From NCBI RefSeq assembly GCF_009914755.1, contig NC_060926.1: DNA of 64,000 nt. One strand, given 5' to 3'. This document shows, piece after piece, positions 26,250-38,601 of the stretch. Under the pieces are notes generated by a model. The model worked only from the letters and a program-made list of their open reading frames with translations. It was not told the DNA's origin and searched no databases. Position 1 is the stretch's first letter, and every line of letters begins with the position of its first letter. A program made the translations under genes and the position numbers. The DNA is from the human T2T-CHM13v2.0 reference genome, Homo sapiens.

Positions 26250-29200
26250 CATACTTCCATATAGAATTCAGAGAAAAGAAAGGGAGGAAACGAAAAAGCT
26301 TATTTTCTCAGTGCTCTGTCTTAGTTTCAGGCTGAGCAGCCTTGACCTGGCCAGTCATTGCTGAGTCTATCATTGTAAAGTACATTTAGGACAGAAAGAT
26401 CTTACTCTAGTCAAGATTTCTCCTATAGGCCCTATTTTAGCCTCTGGCCTTCATGAATGGCAAGAATATTAGGATGTCAGTGATAGTTGTTTTTCCAGCT
26501 TCAGATTCCAGTTAAGGAATTTTAGCAAAACAATATGAACTAGAAACCTTTTTGAGAGTGGGAATGAGAGATCAAAATATTTGTCTTTTAACGTCAAAGT
26601 TTACTAGGTTTTGCTGACAAAACTAATCTTATGTATTACTGGCTTTCTGATGAGCTTCCGTCATCCTTCCCTCATTTTTCTGCCCTGCTCTGTCCGCCAT
26701 TCCCGAGAAATAGACTAGGAGTCAAGGGATCTGTGTACAAGTTTAAGCTTGGCTTGTAGTTAGTTGTATGACTAAAGATGATAAAGATGAGCCAGCTCAA
26801 CTCTCTCTTCTGTTGACCTGAAAGTGTTGGGATGGGGGAAAATAGATGAACAATAAATGAAAATAAAGTTCTTGAGAAAAGTTACAAGGGCAGAACAAAT
26901 ACATGACAGTAATGTTACAAAACAGTCTTGAAACCTCAGAGGAATCTAGGCAACTCTTAAAAAGCCTCAAGCCCTTTCCAAAGTATGAACCTGCTTATGA
27001 TTTAGAGTTTGGGCCAAAAGATTTATAGGATTTGAGAAATGAGAAATAAGTTTTTCTCTCTTAGACAACTCCTATATAAAAGCAGTGGTTTTCGAGATAG
27101 TTATGTTCTAAGGCTTGGTGGATGAGAATACCCTGATTAATTATGCATCAATATGGAATAGGGTCCATATATACCACTTCTGTCATTAGTCCCTTCTGTA
27201 CCTACAACAGGTACAGAGATGAGAGATCAGAGGCTTGGGGAAGAGAAATAGCTTGTTAAGATTATAGAGCTAGTTACTTTCAGCTGTGGGACATAATTAC
27301 AAAGGAAATTTGTACATTTGGTTATTCTTGTTAAGTATCTCTATTTGTAATGCCAAACACAAATTTTTGCTACTTCAAAAGCTGTTTTATTTCTTAAATT
27401 TGTGATGTCTCTATTATATTTTGCCAATGTGAGGAAATGAGTGTCTAATCTTGTCAATGTAATATTTATTCTCAATTCCTGCTATATTCATTCCTCCTAA
27501 TTTGAAAGTTGATAAAATCTGTTGGCAACCTCCTTGAAGCTGCAAAGCAGTTACTCAAAACAATTTTCAGAATGTTCAGTATAAATGGGCACATGAACCA
27601 TTCTTGAAAACCGATGTGCCTTTTTGCTTCCCATGTTTAACTAAAGTCGGTTATAAATTTTAAAATTATTTATTTAACTTTTTCACATCCTTGTTTTAAA
27701 ATTTCCATACCATAATACAGTGTTCTTTCAGGATCACATGTGAAATAGATAATATTTCCAATATTCCATGAGGAGCTATGGGGAAGAAATGATGAGCAAT
27801 TCCATAAGGCACTGATAGACATAAAATAAGAGTACATACTTTCATGTCATTCCAGATAGAAATATCAAAGATGGAACATTTTCCTTCCCCTTGACTTAAC
27901 AGATGCCCACTCTCATTTAGAACTATTTCCTGACAATGAAATCTAGTTGGAGAGATACAAAATAATAATTCAAACACATTGAAATAAGTTTTGCACTGAG
28001 GTAAAAAAGCCACAGGGTATGAAAAGGCATGGTGTAGTTGGTGAAAGGGAGGTGAGGTATTACTTGAGTAAAAAGTTTACATTGGTGGGGTGGCAGAGAT
28101 AAAAGAAGATGGAGATAGAGATAGGCAGGAGTTAGATCATAGTCAAAGTCTTGTAGTTATTTTAGGGAACCCAGGAAGCTTAAATCTATCAATCAGGATA
28201 GTGACAGGGTCAGATACATATTGTAGAGACACTCTTGTGAGTAAGGAAAGACTCATTTATAATAAAATATTTGTGGTAGTCCATATGATTTGGTCATTCT
28301 GCAATACATTTATCAATATCTCAAAACTCACAAGAACATGTAAGCAAAAGTTAAGGTATATATAGAGAGAGTGGAAGAATCTTTAGTATTCTCTGGTGTC
28401 AATTTGTATGTGATTTTTAAAAATTGTTTTTGGAAGCATTTTATTTTCTGTTTAGTGGTTGCTGTAGTTTTCTTGAGTCTTCTCCCTACTGCTAATTTAG
28501 GCTATTTGGCATATTCAGCCTCATGGTTGCAAAACTGGGGTTTTAATATTAAAACTTCCATTGTTCATTTAGATTTTTCCTTCTGAAAATTTGTAGAATT
28601 ATTCAAGGCAATCTTTTATATACACTTTCTACCTTCCTTTGCCTCCCAAATCAACAACCTGAAGGTAGGCCGAATTAATACACACTAGTTGTGGTAATAA
28701 TGTAGTTAAGTTGACACTATGAGCTGTGGTCTAGGCAGAGAATGTTACGTGCAGAGCTTCTATTGTCTTCTTTCTCCCAAACACAGTGGTAGGTTATTCA
28801 CATTCATTCCTTGCTACACGCATCTAGTTAAAATAACTTAGACTTTTTCAGGAAAGACAAACTGAGGCCAAAAGCTATTGCTCATCTCATTGCTAAAACT
28901 CTGGCAACATTTTCTGAATTCCACAGATCCACAGTTTGAGAAGATGATTGTTTAACTGTGGCATCATGAGGGCCCAACAGTCTAGAAAACAGTGGGACAG
29001 CCTGTTGCCCTGCAGCCAGGTGATAATCCACAGTAACCAAAATAATAACAAATATTCATGAAACCACTGTCTTTCTTTTTCAGCTCATTATTGAATATTT
29101 GCACTGTATTTATTCTTTCTGCTGCAAAGAAAGTAAGAAATTACCAACCAATAGATCATGTTCTTATCAAGTGTCAGGCAAAAATAATTCTTATAACTAC

Positions 29201-29479
29201 ACACTAGGAAGAGAGTAGGAAACTGGTAGGAAGGAACCAAAATGTTATACAACAAAATACTATGCACGACAAAGATATGGTATACTATAGAAAGCAGATT
29301 ATTTTTAAAGAAGTGATATAGACTTTTCTGCAAATGTTAAAAATTGATTCTTATTACTTGAGAGGAAGAGAACTTGCTCCAATTCTAAAATGGCTTTAAA
29401 TCATTTTCTCTTTTTACCAGTCAACTGCTTTCCTACAGGCCAATAATAGCATTACCAACCGGGACAACCATGAGAGTCT

Positions 29480-30830
29480 CCTTACTCACAGTTGTCCAAA
29501 GCCTTTAGGCTTCATACTGTGGAATGTATCATCTACTTTTTACCAGCATTATCTTCCAGAACCTAGAGCAAATAACTTCTCATTACTACTAAAAACAAAA
29601 CAAAAGCACAACCAAAAACAAAAACACACTCTTCCAGAGCTTCCCATTACCTAGAGAATTAGTCTAACCTCTTTTATAGAGTTTTTAATATTCTCTAAAC
29701 ATCTGCTCAAAATTATTCACTTCCCTGCATTCTAATTACCTTGTGCACCAAATTCTACAGTTCTCAAACACACTGTGCATCTTCACAATCTTTGCTCATG
29801 CTGAAGCCTCTGCCTCAGACGCATTTCTGCTAATTCTCCATCTGACGATAACTTACTGCCCTTTTAATGTTAGCATTTTTGCCACAGTTAGATCTATTAA
29901 TTTTATTGGAATCAACTTTGCCCTATAGAGAGGTTTCTGAAAGTATAACTTGCCACCGGTGTCCGTGCTATTAAAAACACTCATGCAGAGAATGCATGTT
30001 GACACACCTTGGTTGTCTACCTCATCAGTGACTACCATTGTTCTTATATAACATAAATCAATCCTCAGTAAGTATTTGTAGACATGGAACTTCCTCAGCT
30101 TGTTCCCTTTCTCTTTGGTATCTCTTCTCTCCATCCTCAAAGCTCATAATCAATGGCCAATTAATTCCTCTTGTTTCGGCAATGTTCCTCTTGCCTACAC
30201 CATATTCCCACTTCCATTACGCTAGTTCTAATTTTCATTACCTCCTTCTTGAACTACCGCACTTGCTTCCTTAGCTATTGCTCAGCTTCTAGTCTCTCCC
30301 TTCTTAGGCCATTTTGTAGTCAGCTGGTGAAGTCATTTTCCCAAAGCACAGCTCTAATAATTCCATTCCCTGGCTTAAAAAACATCAATCGCTCTCTAAT
30401 GCCTGCAGACCAAGTCCAAACTCCTTAGCAGGTTTTCTATCATCTGCCCACCATCTGCCTTTGCAAACTTTTGTTATACATTCCCATTATACTCATTCTG
30501 CATGCCAGTCATTCCCTGAGGCATTCTGTGGAGTCTCTCCCATTCCCTGACCTGATGTATGAATTCTCTCCTTTGATCTCTTAGGTTACTCTTTTCCTCA
30601 ACATTGCCTGTTGATATACCCACCTTTAAAGAAACAAATGAAATGCCTCTTCCACAATGATGTATGTCAAGAATGTAATTTTAGATTTTTTTGCTCCTAG
30701 AGTATATTCATTGTATTGCTAAAAATGTATTACTCCACTTTACTACTATTGCATACAAAACTGTGCTTGTGATTCAAATCCCCCTCTCTGCAGGGATAAA
30801 TCATGTTTTGTTTACTTCTCTTCCTGGGGT
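29480..30830 (+). mobile_element. L2 fragments
   Basis: pyrimidine-rich degenerate L2 (AAGTCCAAACTCCTTAGC; CTTTGCTCATGCTG...CTCTGCC). Confidence 0.55.
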
Positions 30831-31048
30831 TGGGCCTTAAACAGTGCAGACACAAAGCACAACTTCTGGATTATCAGAACGATTTAGCAATGAAACAGGC
30901 TATCTCGAAGATGAAAAATATTTGAAGAGAGGCTAGATGCTCATCTATGAAGATGACTGAAGGAAATGCATGCAACTAGGCAGATGGTGAGATTGCATGA
31001 CCTTTTAAGTCCCTTACAAGTGTAAGTTTCTGTGCTATCAAGGGAACA

Positions 31049-31341
31049 GGCCAGGTACAGTGGCTCACACCTGCAATCCTGATACCTTGGGAGGCCAAGG
31101 TGGGAGAATCACTTGAGGCCAGGAGTTTGAGACCAGCCTGGATAACAAAGCGGGACCTTGTCTCTACAGAAAATAAAATAATAATTAGCCAGACATAGTA
31201 GTGCATGCCTGTAGTACCATCTCCTAAGGAGGTTGAGGCAGGAGGATCATTTGAGCCCACACATTTGAAGTCGCAGTGAGCTTTGATCCCACCACTGCAC
31301 TCCAGCCTGAGTGACAGAGCAAGACCCTATCTCTGACAAAA
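31049..31341 (+). mobile_element. Alu (AluJ), poly(A) tail missing
   Basis: J-type arms; ends CCCTATCTCTGACAAAA with no tail or TSD. Confidence 0.9.
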
Positions 31342-31373
31342 TGTGGTGGTCACATTTTGACGTTTGAGGGGTC

Positions 31374-31905
31374 ACCACCCCTCGACAGGCCCTGGTGTGT
31401 GATGTTCCCCTCCCTGTGTCCATATCTTCTCATTGTTCAAATCCCACTTATGAGTGAGAACACACAGTATTTGGTTTTCAGTTCCTGTGTTAGTTTGCTG
31501 AGAATGATGGTTTCCAGCTTCATCCATGTCCCTGCAAAGAACATGAACTCATCCTTTTTTATGGCTGCATAGTATTCCCTAGTGTATATGTGCCACATTT
31601 TCTTTATCCAGTCTATCATTGATGGACATTTGGCTGGGTTCCAAGTCTTTGCTATTGTGAATAGTGCTACAATAAACATACATGTGCATGTGTCTTTTAT
31701 AGTAGAATGATTTATAATCCTTTGGGTAAATGCCCAGTAATGGGATTGCTGGGTCAAATGGTATTTCTGGTTCTAGATCCTTGAGGAATCGCCACACTGT
31801 CTTCCACAGTGGTTGAACTAATTTACACTCCCACCAACAGTGTAAAAGTGTTCCTATTTCTCCACATCCTCTCCAGCATCTGTTGTTTCCTGACTTTTTA
31901 ATGGT
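31374..31905 (-). mobile_element. L1PA7/8-like fragment (ORF2 C-terminus and part of 3' UTR)
   Basis: [38 protein letters not shown] peptide; distal 3' UTR and poly(A) absent. Confidence 0.93.
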
Positions 31906-32456
31906 AAGTGTTATTCTAACTCCCAATGCTGTCTACCTAATGTGAAAGTTCACCATTCTAAGTAACCAATCCTGGCTTTGTTATGAAATTTGGATGCTGA
32001 ATCCAAGAGATTAACAACATGATGACAAAATTTACTTATTCTCTTTAAATTTGTATAACCATCAACAAGAGAGACAAGATTATTTATACATCAAGATCCT
32101 TGCCTTATTAATTACGTCTCCCCAAGTATCTAGACATTCCCAAAATAGGAGGTTCAATGTTTTAAATAGCATTGATACATGGTTTTCCAAGTGACTTGGG
32201 AGTATGATGACATCTCCTAAGCAAGAGTGATTGGACCCATGATGAATTCAGTTTCTAATGAACAGAACACTAGAGAACTGGGTTTGGATCTAACTTTTGG
32301 TTCTTTTCTATATCCTCTTGGAGGTAGTTAGCTTCCTTTACTGTTTAGATGTGGAAAGGGCCTTGTTTGCTAAGTTTGGGGAAATACAAAAAGCTTGGCA
32401 GTCAGGAACTAAGCAGGAATCCAATGGACTGAAAACTCCTTTGGAGAAGGATGCCA

Positions 32457-32542
32457 TTTTTTTTTTTTTTTTTTTTGAGATGGAGTCTTGCTCTGTCACC
32501 CAGGCTGGAGAGTGGCATGATCTCGGCTCACTGTGAGCTCCG
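32457..32542 (-). mobile_element. Heavily 5'-truncated Alu (AluY-like 3' end)
   Basis: poly-T plus about 65 nt of Alu right arm; TSD AGGATG(C/G)CAT at 32448-32457 and 32543-32552. Confidence 0.88.
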
Positions 32543-32848
32543 AGGATGGCATCTTATGGTTCTTTTTGATTCCTTCCTCCCTAGAAAAGTCCAGAATATG
32601 ACTCTGAACACTATGTAAGATATGCACATAGTAATGAAAATTAATTGACAAAATTTTCTGTGGAATCTCAATTGCCTTGCAAGAAATAATACAAGTGCAG
32701 ATCGAGTTTTTAAAACCCTGCATAGGAAGGAGAAGAAAATGAACATTCTGCTTCAGGATTGGAGTTTTCTTTCTGATCTGCTAATTCTACAAAGTATATA
32801 AGATTACTCAACACGTTTTAAGTGGAAAGCAACAAGCTTACTCTACAT

Positions 32849-32879
32849 TATAGTAGCCATAATGTCACTAGGGGGTGTA
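32849..32879 (+). promoter_or_regulatory. CTCF-like motif with upstream module
   Basis: TATAGTAGC-5 nt-TGTCACTAGGGGGTGTA compared with TGCAGTANC-N5-TGGCCACTAGGGGGCGC. Confidence 0.4.
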
Positions 32880-32897
32880 TGTTTGGTTGTGAGAGGG

Positions 32898-33285
32898 TGT
32901 TATCAATGTTAATTACAAAGTTTTTAAGAGTTGATAAATTTCTTCATAAAACAATGACATAAAATATCTCTTCAAGGTAACAAATCCTGATAGTCAAAAA
33001 GCTCAGGATGGTTTCAATCAATAACTTTATAACTACCAACTATTTGTTTTTCCAAAATTATTAATTAACAACTAAGAAATTGCTGAAAGCCTCCTTGGAG
33101 CATTTTTACAATCTTTGTATAGAAGTAAATAGTATTTATGATAGTATCGATATATTTGGACTAGACTTTACCATGGCTATGGGACCTGCTATAGTTCTTG
33201 ATGATCCCTTGTCATGAATGGAACTTAGGTAGCTATTGTCACAATCTCTGCAGTCACTAAGCATAGAAAGTCCTCACTAAATGCA
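32898..33285 (+). repeat. Local duplication, copy A (~390 bp)
   Basis: aligns end to end with 34846-35239, about 90% identity by eye. Confidence 0.95.
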
Positions 33286-33312
33286 CTAAGCATAGAACGT
33301 TCTCACTAAATG
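33255..33312 (+). repeat. 29-bp tandem duplication
   Basis: CACTAAGCATAGAA(A/C)GT(C/T)CTCACTAAATG twice. Confidence 0.95.
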
Positions 33313-34845
33313 CACAAGATTCAAATAAGATGGTATTTTCCAATTCCTTCACTCAGTCACTTATATGAGGGCTAAAGCCATGGTAACATAGAGGCTCAAG
33401 TAACTTAAAAAATAACATATTTGAAATTTACTTGCTGGAAAGGGACACCCCACCTTGATTTTAATGAATTTCAGAGCAAATACAAGCTGTCCTCGGTGGC
33501 TTTCATATGAATTCCCTGCACAGTCTTCTTCCTTTAGAAATGCAAAAACTATTTCAAGATTTTTATGCCTGCATGGAGAAAATTGCTATTGTGTACAATT
33601 AGCATATTTACTAAGGTTTGTCATTACTTTTGGTAATTAAAATCGTACAAAAAGAGAGACATATCCAATTCAAGAAAATTACACAGTACAGTAATATACA
33701 ATCATAATAGTCGCCTGACAATTATTAAAATACACCAAGTTCTCCCTTACAGTAAAAGTATTCACCAGAGTAGCTTCTGAATAAGATCATTGCAGTGCTT
33801 TCTATTTAAATGTTTTTCTGCACAGAAAATTATAATTACATTTGCATAACTACTGTAATCAATCTAGAATTATGGCTGAAATTTTTATTCTTGAAATCAC
33901 TGTTCTTTCTAAGATAGTAGGAGCTCTGAGGCATAATCTAGGTTTGTGGGCCATTATTCTAATTTGTAATAGGATTAAATATATTTTTGCACTCTCTTTA
34001 CAACAATCAATCACTCTAGAGACATAGCAGACAATACAACTACATCACACAATTTGTTTTCTTCTGTCTTGAAAAAACAAACCAGGCTTTAATTTACCAA
34101 ATCCATTTTGTCCAAAAAGCAAAACAAAACGAACTCAAGTTAAAAAAAAAAAGTCAAATTTATAAAAGGAGAACACCAAATAGTATTTCATGAAACAGAC
34201 TCAATAAGAAGTCAAGCATTCATCTCTACATTTAGATGCTCTGTACTTACTGAGATTAGCTGGGATGGCCGAGATAATTTCTGTCCCATCATGGAAATAC
34301 TGGCTACCATAAACCAAAGATTTCTTTTGAATGTTCTCCTTTACTCCTGCTGTATTCAACAGGCTTCCTTGGAGCCTGATGTTATTGTCTTATCTTTTTA
34401 AAATATCCAAGTCAGATCTGATGAAAACGATAAGCAGACCTAAATACATTAATCTGCAACCAGATTCTGGTAGAGCTAGCCTTTTGCAACGATATCTCTA
34501 AGAAAATGCCCTGCTAGCCCCTTCTTCTGACCAATGAGCTGATAATGTAAGACCCTCACAGACACCATCTGCATGCATTCTCTCTCAGGAGTGCAGAGAC
34601 TCAGACACTGTAGCAGGCCAGAGAATGAGGTGTTCTAAAATCCCCTCTCTCTGGTCCTGCTGCAACTTGTTTTTGGTTACACAGCCCAGCTCCTCAAGAG
34701 AATGACATCTCCAGGGATCAGGCCATAACAAAAGAAATTCTCAATAGCACAAACAGTATATATTTCCTGAGAAGCACAACATAAAGTCACTACAGAAAGC
34801 TACCCTGAAGCATTTCTCTAACATGTGGTTTCAAAATCATTTCCA

Positions 34846-35239
34846 TGTTATCAATGCTAATTATAAAGTTTTTAAGACTTGAAAAATGTCTACATGAAAC
34901 ATTAATGACATAAAATATCTCTGCAAGGTAGCAAATCATTGAGAGTCAAAAAGCTCAAGATGGTCTCAGTCAATAACTTTGCAACTACCAACTATTTGTT
35001 TTTCCAAAATTATTAATTAACAACTAAGAATTTGCTGAAAGCCTCCTTGGAGAGTTTTTACAATCTTTGTATAGAAGTAAATAGCATTTATGACAGTATC
35101 CAGATAAGTTCGGACTAGGCTTTACCTTGGCTATGAGACCTGATATAGTTCTTGATGATCCCTTGTCATGAATGGAACTTAGGTAGCTATTGTCACAATC
35201 TCTGCAGTCACTAAGCATAGAAAGTCCTCATTAAATGCA
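34846..35239 (+). repeat. Local duplication, copy B (~390 bp)
   Basis: aligns with 32898-33285. Confidence 0.95.
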
Positions 35240-38200
35240 ATGTCTTTTTAACAAAGATATTAAACTGAACTCAATATTTTCATACTTTTTTACTTTGGAA
35301 GATTTGGAGCTGTGCTCAAAATTGTACAAGGAAATGTTTTAATGACCAATTAATTCAGATTGGCAGATACACAGAAATAAACATGTTCAGAGAATAACAG
35401 CAAAGACTACATAGATACTCATAGATTATGATTGACTTTTGGTGAGAAACTCAGATAAGCTGAGGACAAAAATTAAATCAGCAGTGGAATTATAACCTTA
35501 CTTATCTTTGTGCTCAAGTGTTTGTTTATAAGCATAGATAATACCTACCTAAGAAAAATGGAGCCCAGCAGGCAGCTAGATTTATATTTATATAATTTTA
35601 TAAAATAGGTTCTTGCCTCACCATCAGAGGCTGGTCAAGTTGCCAGCCTCTAGAAAACATTGAGATCTCTAGGTATAGATATATCCTTATTTGGAAGGTG
35701 TATGAAGCCAAAATAAAGACAATTCCAAGATTCCTCTTCTTTAAATAAGGTGAAGACCCTTAAAGATGGAGAAAAATAGTCAAAGAAGAAGGCAAAGAAT
35801 CATAGAAAATTGGAGGTAGGTGGATGTTAAGCACATTTTATTTTTTATTTTCATTTTATATACATAAAAATTGAGGCTCAAACAAATGAATATTCTTAGT
35901 CATGATTACATAGCCAGCAAATGCATTGATGAATATACAGCTAAATCACTTTCCATTATACAACACTGAATTTGAAGAAATAAGATCACATTATGGATGT
36001 AAGGCAAACATAATAGCCCAGGGTCAATATGGCAGAGAAATAAAAGTTGGCATTTTTCTATCTTAAAAGTATTCTGGATTTTCCCCCCATCTTCATAAGG
36101 TTGGTAACAACAATAATGGTTCATGGACAACCTAGAATATTTCATATTTAAACTAGAGTCTTTTCTCATGGAAAACAAACCATCCATGTCTTGATCAAAA
36201 CAGGGGCATGAATTACTAGAAGAATAAGAGCAAAGAAGAAATAAGCATAAAATGTTTTTCAAGGACCATCTTGAGATAATACTATTATAACTGCATTTAC
36301 AACTTGTATGTCTTTTTAAATCTGATATTTGTAGTAGTGTATAGATTAGCATACTTATGGAACAAATGTGTTTCTCTTTGTTTAAGACAAGTAAGTTATA
36401 ATTCATACAAAATATTAGTCATGGTGTCATGTCTTCACCAATTCTATTATCATGTATAGGTCACAAGCTATTTCTGGTTTTCATTTTTCTTTAAAAAAGA
36501 AAGAAGAGCTTGAATAGATACAGCATTTTGAAAATTTTGTCCTGAAAGACTTTTCCACCTCCATTCATCTTACAGATCTGATAATTTTTCACCAAGGAAA
36601 CAGTCTTTGTCCTGGAGTCTCATATGGCTCTTGCCATAACAGTATATCCAAAGATTCATTCATTTATTTACTCACTGAATAAATGAAACTCTACAAGGCA
36701 CCAAGTTCTGTACCATGGCTATGTATACTGTTAAAAACAAGAAAAAGAAGTAGTTGACCTTTTAGAATTTACACTACAGTGAATGGGAAAAGTCCATTTT
36801 TTTTATAATGTAGTTTTCATTTGAGTATTGTTTTGTATTATTAATAGTTAACCCATGGAATGGAATGGATTGCACTCCTGAAGTATTACTTCTGTGGGAC
36901 CTTCAATGCTTGTGGCTGTGTCCTTCTTTGCTGTGGCACATGCTCTGCTAGTGGAAAGAATTTGCAAAGCCCTTTTGTGGGGGAGAAACCCTACCTGCTT
37001 GGGATCTGATCTGAAAACAAAACCTACATTTGTTCATCACCACTACCTCCTCTCTAAATCCCTTAAATATCCCTCTACTAACAGTCACTCAAGATCATGA
37101 TTTAATCACTTCATGTCCAATAAAGTATTGATTTCATTTTCATTGGTTATCTTTTATATGATCATTTAGCCATTTTAGGCATTATATCTTCAAGAAGAAG
37201 GAGATTTGTAAATACTACAAAGGGGTTTTCGTTTTGTGTTGTTGAGATATTACTATTAAAGTTTCTTTTTTTTTTTTTTTTTTGGATACAGCTGTGTAAA
37301 ATAACCAAGATCTATTTCTCATTCTAGCATGTGGTCTCAGCATTCTGTACAAATGATTTTACTGGCTTCATAAACTCCCAAGTTAAAGAATCTCTTTAGG
37401 AAGAATCTTAATTGACCTCTTGAATTGTTGGCCTGGTACCCAGAGTAAAAGAATTGTGTTTTAATAAGGATTACTTTTGTCGTGGTTTATTATGCTTTAG
37501 CATCACACGCTAATTGATGTAGTTGCAGGAAATAAGGTAAGACATGCCATGGTTTGGTTAAAAGCTTCATTACATGTATTTATGAAGAGTCTTATGGATG
37601 AAATAATTTACAACATCTATTACATATATTGAAATGTATGCTACTGCTTCCATTTCTTATAATCTGCGGAACCCAGGTCTGAAACCACTTGGTGGAAAAC
37701 GTTTTTAAATTTTATTTTGGTACCAAGTGGCAATAACAAAAGTTCAATGACTGGCTGAGTAGCAATTTGGACTGATTTCTAAATGTGGGCACAGCATTAA
37801 TGAAAGACATTTCTTATTTTTGAGATAAAGCAAACCTACATGAAAGAGAAATTACATCATTTGGGTACTAGTTTCAGTGAATGCCTGACAATGGGGGAGT
37901 CGGAAGAGTGGTGTAATGACGGAATGCTAAAGCTAGGTGAGTTAGGAAGGGTTATTTGGAGATAAGCCTTGAGTAGGACCTCAAAGAAGGGAAGCAATGT
38001 GGATAAGCTAGTAGGAGGCTGATCCAGAAGTTAAATATTAAAAGTATAGCACTAGAGATAGCAACAACCATGTGTCTAGACTAAAGAGCTTGTTTTGTTT
38101 TTGTTTTTGTTTTTGTTTTTAGAAATAAGTATGGATGGAGAGAGGGGATTATAGCAGAGCGAATAGTGTTGAAGTCTTGGTGGGGACATTCCGATTTAAT

Positions 38201-38374
38201 AAGTAAGTATAGTTTCTTTATCAAGAGTAACCATTCGAAAATGCTATTTGAGGATTAGTTACCAATGCAACTAAACTTCATAATGAATGATGATCATGGT
38301 TAGCACCCACTAAGTGCTTACTATGTGTTATATACTATTTTAAAAACTTCATGTATGTCCTTGTGTTTAATCCA

Positions 38375-38601
38375 GGATTTTGTAACCATGATGCAATTGA
38401 CATTTAGGATTAGGCAATTCTTACTTGTGGGGGACTGACCTGTGCACTGTATGATGGTTAGCAGCATCCTTGACTTCTATTCACCAGATGCCAGTAATCA
38501 CACCAAAACATCCCCACACAACCACAAGTTGTGACAATCGAAAGTGTCTCCAGACAATGCCAAATACTCGAGGGCAAAATCTCCCTAGTTGAGAACCACT
38601 G
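38375..38601. mobile_element. MER20-like DNA transposon inside a MIR
   Basis: CAAGTTGTGACAATCGAAAGTGTCTCCAGACAATGCCAAAT...GTTGAGAACCACTG; opposite orientation to the copy at 1240. Confidence 0.85.

Noticed and set aside
33190-33276. C/D snoRNA in the identical tract (TGATGA present)
   Set aside because: No CTGA D box or terminal stem at suitable spacing.
33255-33312. 29-bp repeats as a CRISPR-like array
   Set aside because: Two adjacent units with no spacer, in primate DNA with no cas genes.
32898-35239. Direct repeats as the paired LTRs of a novel retroelement
   Set aside because: TG...CA ends are present, but there is no TSD (GAGGG versus ATGTC), no evident PBS or PPT, and no gag/pol remnant in the spacer.
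35906-36406. Longest ORF (166 aa, minus strand)
   Set aside because: AT-rich, compositionally non-coding-like peptide with no recognisable homology or exon structure.
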